The notes: generated by a model from the sequence alone, not told the origin. A stretch of 64,000 bases of DNA from an uncultured Lachnospiraceae bacterium (GCA_900551235.1 URUU01000003.1:4308-68307), one strand, 5' to 3'; counted from the stretch's first letter, positions 41,013 to 49,950 are shown. Translations and numbers: made by a program.

Positions 41013-42701
41013 TTAGAACGGATTATGTAACAGCTCGTGTGCTTTTCCTTTGAAATCTTCGCCGTTGTAAAAGACATCCATCAATGGATTTTCGGTACAT
41101 TTCTTGATCGCCATATTTCCGTCTGCACGGTACAGTCCTTTCGCTCTTGCTTCTTTATGTCTTGGACCTGCCGGGATCGTCTGGCCGCCGCCCATGATAC
41201 AGCCGCGTCTGCATGCCATGACCTCGATCAGATGATACTGTTTTTCACCGCTTTGTACCTGTTCCATGACTTTTCTGGCATTTGCAAGTCCGCTGGCTAC
41301 GCAGATATTCAGCTCTTTGCCTTCGTATGTGATAGAAAATTCTTTGATGCCTTCCTCGCCACGCATACCTGCTTCTGCGATGGAATCCATCACAGCATTC
41401 CCATGTCCCGGAACGAGTCTTCGGATCACCGCCTCAGTCACACCGCCGGTCACACCGAAGATCACACCGGCACCGGATGCAATGCCAAACGGCATATCGC
41501 AGGATTCTGCCTCGATCTTATCAAGTGCAATACCGGCGGTACGGATCATCCTGGTAAGCTCTGTTGTGGTGATGACAATGTCCGTGTCCTTCTCGCCTTT
41601 GGTATAGCTGTTCGGACGCTCTGCCTCCATCTTCTTTGCCGTACATGGCATGATGGATACGACCATCGTCTTTTTGCCTTCTGCATGCTCCGGATTGCGG
41701 TAATATTCTTTGATGACCGCGGAGAACATCTGCTGCGGAGAACGGCAGGTGGAGACATTTTCCTTAAAATCCGGGAACTGATCCTGCACAAATTTTACCC
41801 ATGCCGGACAGCAGGAGGTAAGAAGCGGCAGGTTCTCGCCTTTTTCAAGACGTTTCAGGAATTCTGCAGACTCCTCCATGATCGTCAGGTCGGCAGAATA
41901 GCTGGTGTCAAAAACTTCATCAAATCCCATGCGGTGCAGGACTGCTACGATCTTGCCCATCGCATTCTCACCTTTTGGCAGTCCAAAGGCATCACCGGCT
42001 GCCACACGCACTGCCGGTGCGATCTGGGCAACAACTCTGGTGTCTTTATCTTCCAGTGCCTTCCAGACTTCCCCGATGTTGGTACGGATCGTGATCGCAC
42101 CGGTCGGACAGAATACACGGCACTGTCCACAGTTTACACAGTCTGTCTCTGCGATCTGCCGGTCAAATGCCGGCATGACCATCGCATCCGTTCCACGGTA
42201 AGCAAAGTCAATCGCTCCGATTCCCTGGATCTCATCGCAGACACGCACACAGTTTCCGCACAGGATACATTTATTCGGGTCTCGTACGATCGCCGGGGAA
42301 GAAAAGTCAAGCGGTCTTTCTTCTCTGGTATTCTGGAAACGGACTTTTTTCACGCCGAGGCGGTGTGCCAGCTCCTGAAGTACACATTCGCCGCTCTTGA
42401 TACAGGTCGTACAGTCCCTGCAATGTGCAGCCAGCAGAAGCTCTACAATCAGCTTGCGGTATTTTCTTACTTTTTCTGAGTTTGTATAGATCACCATGCC
42501 ATCTCTTGGCTCTTCGGAGCAGGACGCAAACGTTCTGCCTCTGTCATCTTCCACCGTACAGAGTCTGCATGCACCAAAAGTAGAAAGTTCTGAATGGTAA
42601 CACAGTGTCGGTACGTCAATGCCTGCTTTCCTTATGACCGACAGAATGTTTTTTTCATCGGTAAATTCTACTTTTCTGCCGTCAATTATCATTAATCCCA
42701 T
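41013..42701 (-). CDS. hydA: [FeFe]-hydrogenase catalytic subunit of a trimeric NADH-dependent (bifurcating-type) enzyme
   Basis: N-terminal [2Fe-2S], His-ligated and 2x[4Fe-4S] motifs; H-cluster TSCCPAW, MPCTAKKME, EVMACRRGCIMGGGQ. Confidence 0.93.
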   Translation of the reverse strand: MGLMIIDGRKVEFTDEKNILSVIRKAGIDVPTLCYHSELSTFGACRLCTVEDDRGRTFASCSEEPRDGMVIYTNSEKVRKYRKLIVELLLAAHCRDCTTCIKSGECVLQELAHRLGVKKVRFQNTREERPLDFSSPAIVRDPNKCILCGNCVRVCDEIQGIGAIDFAYRGTDAMVMPAFDRQIAETDCVNCGQCRVFCPTGAITIRTNIGEVWKALEDKDTRVVAQIAPAVRVAAGDAFGLPKGENAMGKIVAVLHRMGFDEVFDTSYSADLTIMEESAEFLKRLEKGENLPLLTSCCPAWVKFVQDQFPDFKENVSTCRSPQQMFSAVIKEYYRNPEHAEGKKTMVVSIMPCTAKKMEAERPNSYTKGEKDTDIVITTTELTRMIRTAGIALDKIEAESCDMPFGIASGAGVIFGVTGGVTEAVIRRLVPGHGNAVMDSIAEAGMRGEEGIKEFSITYEGKELNICVASGLANARKVMEQVQSGEKQYHLIEVMACRRGCIMGGGQTIPAGPRHKEARAKGLYRADGNMAIKKCTENPLMDVFYNGEDFKGKAHELLHNPF

Positions 42702-42712
42702 AATCCACCCTC

Positions 42713-44599
42713 CTACTCTTCTATGTAAATGGCATTAAATGCACAGTTTTCTTTACATGCACCACATTTGATACAGATATTCGGGTCAATATGGAACGGA
42801 TGTTTTACTTTTCCGCTGATCGCATCAACCGGACAGTTCTTCGCACACTTGCTGCAGCCTTTGCAGTATTCCGGATTGATCACATATTTACGCATAGCCT
42901 GACAGACTTTTGCGGCACATTTATGCTCGTTGATATGTTCCAGATATTCGTTTCGGAATAATTTGAGGGTACTGATGACCGGAAGCGGTGCACTCTTTCC
43001 AAGTCCGCAAAGTGCCATGCCGCGTATCATTGCCGCAAGCTCCTCCAGGCGGTCGAGATCTTCCTCCTCGCCTCTGCCCTCTACGATCTTTTCCAGGATC
43101 TCCAGCATACGCTTTGTACCTTCCCGGCACGGAACACATTTACCGCAGGACTCTCTCTGCGTAAAACTCATAAAGAATCTGGCAACTTCTACCATACAGG
43201 TGTGCTGATCCATGACAACCATTCCGCCGGAGCCTACGATCGCATCAAATTTCTTTACGGAGTCAAAATCAAGCGGTTCATCCAGATGCTTTTCTGTCAG
43301 ACAGCCGCCGGACGGTCCGCCGATCTGTACGGCTTTAAACTCAGAGCCTTCTTTGAGTCCGCCGCCGATATCATAAATGATCTCACGCAGGGTACTTCCC
43401 ATCGGCACTTCGATCAGACCGGTGTTTTCAATCGCACCGGTCAGGGAGAATGTTTTTGTTCCAGGGCTTCCGGCCGTTCCGATCGAGCGATACCAGTCGG
43501 CACCCTGCAGAACGATCTTCGGCACGTTGGCAAACGTCTCTACGTTATTGAGGACAGTCGGTTTCTCCCAGAGTCCTTTTTCTACGGTTCTAGGCGGTTT
43601 GACACGCGGCATGCCTCGTTTCCCTTCGATGGATGCCGTCAGCGCACTTCCCTCTCCACATACAAATGCACCGGCTCCGCGGTTGATATGCATATGGAAA
43701 CAGAAATCCGTTCCTAAAATGTTGTCACCGAGCAGATTGCGTTTTTCCATCTCTGCGATCGCATGGCGGAGTCTGGATACGGACATCGGATATTCTGCAC
43801 GCACATAAATATAGCCATTGGCTGCCCCGACTGCATAGCCGGCGATCATCATACCTTCCAGAAGTTTGTACGGATCGCCCTCCATAACGGAGCCATCCAT
43901 AAAGGCACCCGGATCGCCTTCATCACCGTTGCATACGACGTAACGCTCTTTTTCTTGCTGACGTGCCACCTGTTTCCATTTACGGCCGGCCGGGAAACCG
44001 CCGCCGCCTCTTCCGCGCAGTCCGGATTTATCGATCTCTTCGATCACTTCTTCGCTTGTCATCTCAAACATCGCTTTTTCCAGGGCTGAAAAACCGCCGG
44101 ATGCCATATACTCGTCAATGGATTCTGCATCAAAGCGTCCGCAGTTCTCCAGAACGATCCTCGTCTGTTTCGCAATAAACGGGATCTCTTCCGGATGACG
44201 GTAAACTTTTTTCTCTTTGCGGTATAACAGACGCTCTACCTCTTCATCATCAAGTACCGCACGGTCAAATAATTCCTGGCAGTCATCCAGCTGAACTTTT
44301 ACATACTGAACAGTCTCATCACCTTTCGTGATACGCACAAGCGGTCCCAGTTCACAGAAACCCTGACATCCTGTTTTTTTCAGTCCAATATGCTGATCTT
44401 CGTCATGTGGTGCAAACGTTACGCTCACACCCGGTGTTGTATTGGCAAGTTTTAAAAAGCGGTTGTATATTTTTTCAGAACCGGTTGCGATACAGCCGGT
44501 GCCGGAGCAGACCAGAATACGACAGACGGCCGTCTCCATATCTGCTTTTGCCTTCTTTCGACATTCTTTTAACTCGTCTCTGTTATGGATCATCAGCAC
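42713..44599 (-). CDS. hydB: NuoF-like diaphorase subunit of the bifurcating hydrogenase
   Basis: GLRGRGGGGFP, NGDEGDPG, CGKCVPCREG, C-terminal 2x[4Fe-4S]. Confidence 0.92.
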   Translation of the reverse strand: MLMIHNRDELKECRKKAKADMETAVCRILVCSGTGCIATGSEKIYNRFLKLANTTPGVSVTFAPHDEDQHIGLKKTGCQGFCELGPLVRITKGDETVQYVKVQLDDCQELFDRAVLDDEEVERLLYRKEKKVYRHPEEIPFIAKQTRIVLENCGRFDAESIDEYMASGGFSALEKAMFEMTSEEVIEEIDKSGLRGRGGGGFPAGRKWKQVARQQEKERYVVCNGDEGDPGAFMDGSVMEGDPYKLLEGMMIAGYAVGAANGYIYVRAEYPMSVSRLRHAIAEMEKRNLLGDNILGTDFCFHMHINRGAGAFVCGEGSALTASIEGKRGMPRVKPPRTVEKGLWEKPTVLNNVETFANVPKIVLQGADWYRSIGTAGSPGTKTFSLTGAIENTGLIEVPMGSTLREIIYDIGGGLKEGSEFKAVQIGGPSGGCLTEKHLDEPLDFDSVKKFDAIVGSGGMVVMDQHTCMVEVARFFMSFTQRESCGKCVPCREGTKRMLEILEKIVEGRGEEEDLDRLEELAAMIRGMALCGLGKSAPLPVISTLKLFRNEYLEHINEHKCAAKVCQAMRKYVINPEYCKGCSKCAKNCPVDAISGKVKHPFHIDPNICIKCGACKENCAFNAIYIEE

Positions 44600-45069
44600 T
44601 CACCTCGCAATTCTGTAATCAATTTCACTACTTTCTCCAGTGTCATATTCGGGTGGACTTCATCGTTTACCGTGCAGGTCGGCGCCAGTCCGCACGCACC
44701 AAGACAGGATACCGTTTCTACGGTGAAAAGCATATCGTCCGTTGTATGTTTCTTGTCGGAAAGTCCAAGTTCTTTCATAAACGCATCGAGGATTGCCGCT
44801 GATTTTCTTACATGACAGGCTGTTCCGTCACAGACTTTGATCACATATTTTCCTTTCTGTTCAAAAGAAAAATTTTCGTAAAAAGTCGCAACACTATATG
44901 CCTTGGCCTCTTTTACACCGATCTCTTTTGCAATGTATGTCAGCAATTCTCCCGGCAGATAACGATATACCCCCTGGATATCCTGCATCACAGGGATCAG
45001 GGAAGATGGTTTTTTACCATAAAAAGCAATGATTTCATCCGCTTTTCGGTAATATGACTGATCCAGCAT
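44593..45069 (-). CDS. hydC: NuoE-like [2Fe-2S] subunit
   Basis: VATFY, CDGTAC, CLGACGLAP. Confidence 0.92.
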   Translation of the reverse strand: MLDQSYYRKADEIIAFYGKKPSSLIPVMQDIQGVYRYLPGELLTYIAKEIGVKEAKAYSVATFYENFSFEQKGKYVIKVCDGTACHVRKSAAILDAFMKELGLSDKKHTTDDMLFTVETVSCLGACGLAPTCTVNDEVHPNMTLEKVVKLITELRGEC

Positions 45070-45193
45070 AAATCATACCTCCTACTCTCTTGTATTTATT
45101 GACAAATTTTGTTTAATTATTATATCTTACCTGTCCAATATACACAATACCTTTTTCGATAATTATGTTCCGATTTTTGAGCACAGACTTATC

Positions 45194-45222
45194 TTGATAA
45201 GGTTTTATCAATATGTTATAGT
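45194..45222 (+). promoter_or_regulatory. Rex-type operator overlapping the promoter of the monomeric hydrogenase
   Basis: TTGATAA-GGTT-TTATCAA palindrome (45194-45211); TTGATA-17 bp-TATAGT with TG extension. Confidence 0.7.
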
Positions 45223-45286
45223 GCTTTGAGAAGGAAGTATGCATGCCACCATAAATTCGTAATTGATATAAAGGAGTTTATAAGAC

Positions 45287-46792
45287 ATGAGAGGTATTGA
45301 AACACAAGTAAGAAAAATCCGCCGTCAGATCTTTGCTGAAGTTTCCAGGATCGGCTTTGAATCTGATGACGGATCACTGATCCACGATATTGAAGCGATC
45401 CCCTATAAAATTGTAACCGAGGAAGGTCCCCAGTACCGTGACAGCATCTACCGTGCACGTGCGATCGCTACGGAGCGTGTCCGCCTTGCCATGGGAATGT
45501 GCCTGCGTCCGACAAACAAACCGGTTCATCTGACCGACGGCATTGAATCCAGCAATATTTCCGAGAAATATTATGAGCCGCCTCTGATGCAGGTTGTTCC
45601 GTCTGCCTGCGCTTCCTGCGAGGATAATAAATATGAAGTCAGTGATATGTGCAAAGGCTGCCTCGCCCATCCATGTGCTGAAGTCTGCCCGAAGCATGCC
45701 ATTTCTATGGTAGACGGACATTCTTATATTGATCAGGAAAAATGCGTACACTGCGGAAAGTGTAAATCCGTTTGCCCATATGATGCAATCTCTAAAAAGG
45801 AACGTCCATGTGCACGTGCCTGCGGCGTAAAAGCGATCGGAAATGACGAATTCGGCCGGGCAAAGATCGACACTGAAAAATGCGTTTCCTGCGGTATGTG
45901 TATGGTCAGTTGTCCTTTCGGAGCGATCAGCGACAAATCACAGGTTTATCAGCTTGCACGGGCTTTAAAAGAAGGTCATGAAGTCATTGCCGAAATCGCT
46001 CCTGCTTTTGTCGGTCAGTTTGGCACTATGGAGCCAAAAGATGTCCACGCTGCCCTGGAGACTCTGGGATTTTCTGAAGTTTATGAGGTTGCTCTTGGTG
46101 CTGATATCGGTGCTGTCTCAGAAGCCAGACATTATGCCGAAAAAGTATCAACCGGAGAACTGCCGTTTCTTCTGACTTCCTGCTGCCCTTCCTGGTCCAT
46201 GCTTGCCAAGAAATATTTCCCGGCTATGATCGATAACATTTCACAGGAACTGACACCGATGGTTGCCACTGCGAGAAGTATCAAACAGGAACATCCAAAT
46301 GCAAGAGTTGTATTCATCGGTCCGTGTGCCGCAAAAAAACTGGAAGCCAGCCGTCGTTCTGTACGAAGTGATGTTGACTTTGTTATCACTTTTGAGGAAC
46401 TTGTCGGTATGTTTGATGCAAAGGGAATTGATATGGGTGAAAAAGAAAATGCCCACTCCATGCACGATGCCACTGCTGCCGGACGCGGTTATGCCGTAGC
46501 GGGCGGTGTTGCCGGTGCGATCGAGGAATGTCTGAAGGCTTATTACCCGGATGTCACACCAAAAATTATCCATGCAGAGGGACTTGCAGAATGTAAAAAG
46601 ACACTGGCTCTTGCAAAAGCCGGAAAAATGAACGGATGTCTGATCGAAGGAATGGGATGTCCAGGCGGCTGTATTGCCGGTGCCGGAACCAACCTTCCTC
46701 TGAACAAAGCTGCTGCAAAAGTGAAATGGTTCAAATCCGTTTCCAGCAAACAGCTTCCGCCAAAAGAACTGGCAGAAATTGAACTGAAATAA
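45287..46792 (+). CDS. Monomeric ferredoxin-type [FeFe]-hydrogenase (group B-like)
   Basis: Multiple CxxCxxCxxxCP motifs; H-cluster TSCCPSW, GPCAAKKLE, EGMGCPGGCIAGAG. Confidence 0.9.
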   Translation: MRGIETQVRKIRRQIFAEVSRIGFESDDGSLIHDIEAIPYKIVTEEGPQYRDSIYRARAIATERVRLAMGMCLRPTNKPVHLTDGIESSNISEKYYEPPLMQVVPSACASCEDNKYEVSDMCKGCLAHPCAEVCPKHAISMVDGHSYIDQEKCVHCGKCKSVCPYDAISKKERPCARACGVKAIGNDEFGRAKIDTEKCVSCGMCMVSCPFGAISDKSQVYQLARALKEGHEVIAEIAPAFVGQFGTMEPKDVHAALETLGFSEVYEVALGADIGAVSEARHYAEKVSTGELPFLLTSCCPSWSMLAKKYFPAMIDNISQELTPMVATARSIKQEHPNARVVFIGPCAAKKLEASRRSVRSDVDFVITFEELVGMFDAKGIDMGEKENAHSMHDATAAGRGYAVAGGVAGAIEECLKAYYPDVTPKIIHAEGLAECKKTLALAKAGKMNGCLIEGMGCPGGCIAGAGTNLPLNKAAAKVKWFKSVSSKQLPPKELAEIELK

Positions 46793-46840
46793 ATTCAAGC
46801 CGAATGTCTGTCTTAGTCGGAGTGCATTTCCGACTAAAAC

Positions 46841-46885
46841 AAAAGAACCGGTTTCCTGTTGCGGAGTCAGGAAACCGGTTCTTTT
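46841..46885. terminator. Strong bidirectional intrinsic terminator
   Basis: AAAAGAACCGGTTTCCTG-9 nt-CAGGAAACCGGTTCTTTT, 18-bp perfect inverted repeat. Confidence 0.9.
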
Positions 46886-46989
46886 ATCTTATGGCAGGTG
46901 CGGATTCCTGCCACAGAAGGAGGTATGCTGTGAATTACCCCCAATATGTTCAGGATTGCTCGAGATGAATTCAATCACTATTTCTTCAT

Positions 46990-47024
46990 AAAATAATAAA
47001 CATCTGCTTACCCTTAGCAGACAT
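46990..47024 (-). terminator. Probable expression-platform terminator of the cobalamin riboswitch
   Basis: ATGTCTGCT-AAGGGTA-AGCAGATGT followed by TTATTATTTT on the minus strand. Confidence 0.55.
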
Positions 47025-47094
47025 CATACGAAACCAGACCGTTTCTGACTTCGGATTGGATGTTTTAGCTCTACACGGAAGCTCATCTCATGCA

Positions 47095-47258
47095 CCAAGC
47101 AGGTTTCCTGACTTGCCTATCTTCACGCTGTCTTACCTTCTCACAAATATGGGTATGCAATGGTTTTCAAGACAGTGCTCCTTGCTTACAGTGGCCGGAC
47201 CGTTCAGGTTTTGCACCTGATTCCCTTTCACCCGATTTTCATCGGCACTTGCTACAGC
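47095..47258 (-). promoter_or_regulatory. Cobalamin riboswitch aptamer
   Basis: Minus strand: AAAGGGAA-TCAGGTGCAAAACCTGA-ACGGTCCG-GCCACTGTAA...CCATTG...GAGAAGG...AAGTCAGGAAACCTGC; hallmark elements in the expected order. Confidence 0.92.
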
Positions 47259-47278
47259 AATATGTAATTCACGTCATT

Positions 47279-47308
47279 ATTATATTCTCTTATGTATCTT
47301 TTTGTCAA
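47279..47308 (-). promoter_or_regulatory. Consensus sigma-A promoter driving the riboswitch
   Basis: TTGACA-18 bp-TATAAT. Confidence 0.8.
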
Positions 47309-47428
47309 GACTCATTTTTGTTTATTATTTTTCTCATTGGTTTATACTTTTGTCACAGGAAGTACATAATTCTTTGTTATATTGAGTTTATATTTTGAGG
47401 AATTTTTGATATTTTAAAGGAGTTTTCC

Positions 47429-48028
47429 ATGACTGATACTGAATACTACGATCTGATCCGGCCATACGACGATGCAATGAAGCTGCTTCTGACCAGGCTG
47501 GAGATCTTAAACCACAATATTTATAAGGCTTCCGCCGAAAACCCGATACATACGATGCAATACCGCATCAAAAGCAAACAGAGCATCGAAGAAAAACTGA
47601 TCCGCAAAGGCGAGGATCCGACGCTTGAGAATGCAAAGGATCTGCTTCAGGATATCGCCGGTATCCGCATTGTCTGTTATTTCGTCGGTGATATTAAAAA
47701 TCTGATCGATATGTTAAAAAAGCAGTCTGATCTGATCTTCATCCGCGAACGCGATTATATCACCAATCCCAAACCAAATGGCTACCGGAGTCATCATATC
47801 ATTCTCGGTGTGAATGTTTTCTGCCTGGATGCCAGTGAATATTATCCGGTCGAGATCCAGCTCCGTACGATCTCCATGGATTTCTGGGCAGCCATGGAGC
47901 ATCGCATTTCTTATAAGAAGGAATACGACAACCGGGAACAGCGTGTTGCGGAGCTGTTAAGCTATGCAGATACGCTCGTCGATATGGAAAAAGAATTTGA
48001 AAAGTATAATGAAAATGCTGCACCATAA
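47429..48028 (+). CDS. Small alarmone synthetase (RelA/SpoT domain, RelP/RelQ-like)
   Basis: RIKS, DIAGIRIVC, RDYI..PKPNGYRSHH, EIQLRT...WAAMEH. Confidence 0.92.
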   Translation: MTDTEYYDLIRPYDDAMKLLLTRLEILNHNIYKASAENPIHTMQYRIKSKQSIEEKLIRKGEDPTLENAKDLLQDIAGIRIVCYFVGDIKNLIDMLKKQSDLIFIRERDYITNPKPNGYRSHHIILGVNVFCLDASEYYPVEIQLRTISMDFWAAMEHRISYKKEYDNREQRVAELLSYADTLVDMEKEFEKYNENAAP

Positions 48029-48030
48029 CA

Positions 48031-48077
48031 GAAAAGCAGACAGTGAAATCAGATTCGAGATCACTGTCTGCTTTTTC
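48031..48077. terminator. Bidirectional terminator between convergent genes
   Basis: AAAAGCAGACAGTGA...TCACTGTCTGCTTTT. Confidence 0.8.
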
Positions 48078-48088
48078 TCTTCTTATCT

Positions 48089-48424
48089 TTAATCAAGAAT
48101 GATCAGTGCCATAAATACCAGGTCAGTATCTCCGGTATTGGTCAGTGCATGACCATGGTTATCCGGTGTGTAAGTGACATCTCCTGCCTTGACCGGGCGT
48201 ACGGTTCCATTATCATCATAATCACCCTGACCTGCTAAGATGAAATATGTTTCGCTCTCATTGTGATGTTCATGATAGCCAAGAGAACATCCCGGTTCAA
48301 TCGTTACTTTCGCATATAATCTGCATTTTCCGTTGAGTTCTTTTTCACCGAGGATACGGTCAATGATCACGTGTCCTTTTCCACCACACATTTTTTCAAC
48401 TACTTCTCTCTTTGTTGTCATCAT
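48089..48424 (-). CDS. Cupin domain protein
   Basis: GYHEHHNESETYFIL..G and GD....P...GH cupin motifs. Confidence 0.9.
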   Translation of the reverse strand: MMTTKREVVEKMCGGKGHVIIDRILGEKELNGKCRLYAKVTIEPGCSLGYHEHHNESETYFILAGQGDYDDNGTVRPVKAGDVTYTPDNHGHALTNTGDTDLVFMALIILD

Positions 48425-48537
48425 TACGCCAACTCCTTTTAAAAATTATAAAATGATGATGCCAGGGTCAAAAGCCGGAAAACTCCATATGACTGTAGAA
48501 AAGTGCTTTTACGGCTTAATGACACGCTCTGCACCGG

Positions 48538-49071
48538 TTAAAAAAATTTTGCGATCTCTTCTGCTGTCTTTCTCTTTGGTCTGTCCGGATCTGCATCGCT
48601 GTATCCCACACTGATCACACTGACAATGGATTCTTCTTCCGGAATTTCAAATGCTTCACGCAATTTATCTGCATCACGCAGTCCCATCACCAGAGTGGAT
48701 AACCCCTGATTTGCTGCTTCCAGCAAAAGATTCATATCGTGCAGACCACAGTCGTAATAACCCCATCCGTTCCCAAGTTCGTTATCTGCAGTGCCGTCTT
48801 TCTGAAAACCGGCACGGTTCAGGATAACGGTAGATATCAGGAAAACCGGAGCATTCTGCGTCTTTTTCCGATTACCTTCAACCAGTGCATCCAGTACCGC
48901 CTGTCTTTTTTCTTCGGAAACTGCCACATAATAACGGATTTCCTGAGAATTTTTCCAGGTTGGTGCAAGGATTGCTGCCTCGATCATGGCTTTTATCTTT
49001 TCTTCTTCTACCGGAGTCGCCAGATACTGACGGATACTTTTGCGTTTCTGCATGACTTCCTGAAGTTCCAT
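48538..49071 (-). CDS. Nitroreductase family flavoprotein
   Basis: RKSIRQY, APTWKNSQ, LLEAANQGL, ISVGY. Confidence 0.9.
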   Translation of the reverse strand: MELQEVMQKRKSIRQYLATPVEEEKIKAMIEAAILAPTWKNSQEIRYYVAVSEEKRQAVLDALVEGNRKKTQNAPVFLISTVILNRAGFQKDGTADNELGNGWGYYDCGLHDMNLLLEAANQGLSTLVMGLRDADKLREAFEIPEEESIVSVISVGYSDADPDRPKRKTAEEIAKFF

Positions 49072-49076
49072 TTGTC

Positions 49077-49934
49077 TTACCTCCTTGCAGCCGCTTTCTC
49101 TGCTGCGTCCACTACATGTCCGATCAGAACAGATGTGGTAACACTTCCGACACCGCCCGGTACCGGTGTGATTGCATCTACGATCGGTTCTACTTTATCG
49201 TAAGCTACGTCACCGCAGAGTTTGCCTTCTGCATTGACATTGATGCCGACATCGATGATCACCTGTCCGGCTCTTACATAGCTGTCATCTACCACACCTG
49301 CACGGCCTGCTGCAACGATCACGATATCTGCCTCTTTTACAACTGACGGCATATCAACGGTTCTGGTATGGCATACGGTAACGGTTGCATTCTTTTTGAT
49401 CAGCATCATAGCTGCCGGTTTGCCTACTACCAGGGAACGTCCTACTACCACTGCTTTTTTGCCTGTGCAGTCGATTCCGTAATGATCCAGGATCTCCATG
49501 CAGGCCTGCGGTGTACATGGAGGATATCCCAGGTCTTTGCCTGTGAACACGCCAGCCATGGAGCCGTTTGTCATACAGTCAACGTCTTTTGCCGGATCTA
49601 ATGCCTGTTCGATCTCATCCTGATTTAAATGTTTTGGAAGCGGACGGAATAACAGAACACCATGAATGCTGTCATCTTTGTTTACTTCATCGATCACTGC
49701 CAGAACCTGCTCCTGTGTCGCATCTGCCGGAAGCAGATATTTTTTGTATTCCACACCCAGTTTTTCGCAGCGTTTTGTTGCTCCTCTTTCATAAGAAAGG
49801 TCGCTTTCATTTTCGCCTACACGTACAATACCGAGTGTCGGTGTAACACCGTTTGCTTTTAATACTTCTGCTTTTGCGATAATACGTTCGTTTAAAGCTG
49901 CAACAACTTCTTTGCCTAATAACTGTTTTGCCAT
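49077..49934 (-). CDS. folD: Methylene-THF dehydrogenase/cyclohydrolase
   Basis: KDVD, PCTP, GRSLVVGKP, DVGIN, TPVPGGVG. Confidence 0.95.
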   Translation of the reverse strand: MAKQLLGKEVVAALNERIIAKAEVLKANGVTPTLGIVRVGENESDLSYERGATKRCEKLGVEYKKYLLPADATQEQVLAVIDEVNKDDSIHGVLLFRPLPKHLNQDEIEQALDPAKDVDCMTNGSMAGVFTGKDLGYPPCTPQACMEILDHYGIDCTGKKAVVVGRSLVVGKPAAMMLIKKNATVTVCHTRTVDMPSVVKEADIVIVAAGRAGVVDDSYVRAGQVIIDVGINVNAEGKLCGDVAYDKVEPIVDAITPVPGGVGSVTTSVLIGHVVDAAEKAAARR

Positions 49935-49950
49935 AATGCTTATCCTCCGC

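Noticed and set aside
41037..42479. 480-aa plus-strand ORF and other long antisense ORFs (e.g. 1178-2311, 12843-13808, 13718-14698, 18678-19472)
   Set aside because: Antisense shadows of well-supported genes, with no recognisable motifs or RBS
46889..46978. 29-codon GTG ORF downstream of the riboswitch as its regulated gene
   Set aside because: No SD and no recognisable similarity; cannot be supported as a CDS
46886..47060. ANTAR-binding dual hairpin as in EutX/Rli55
   Set aside because: No clear tandem hairpins with hexanucleotide A-x-x-G loops
47090..47398. 102-aa plus-strand ORF
   Set aside because: Antisense to the cobalamin riboswitch and its promoter; no coding signal
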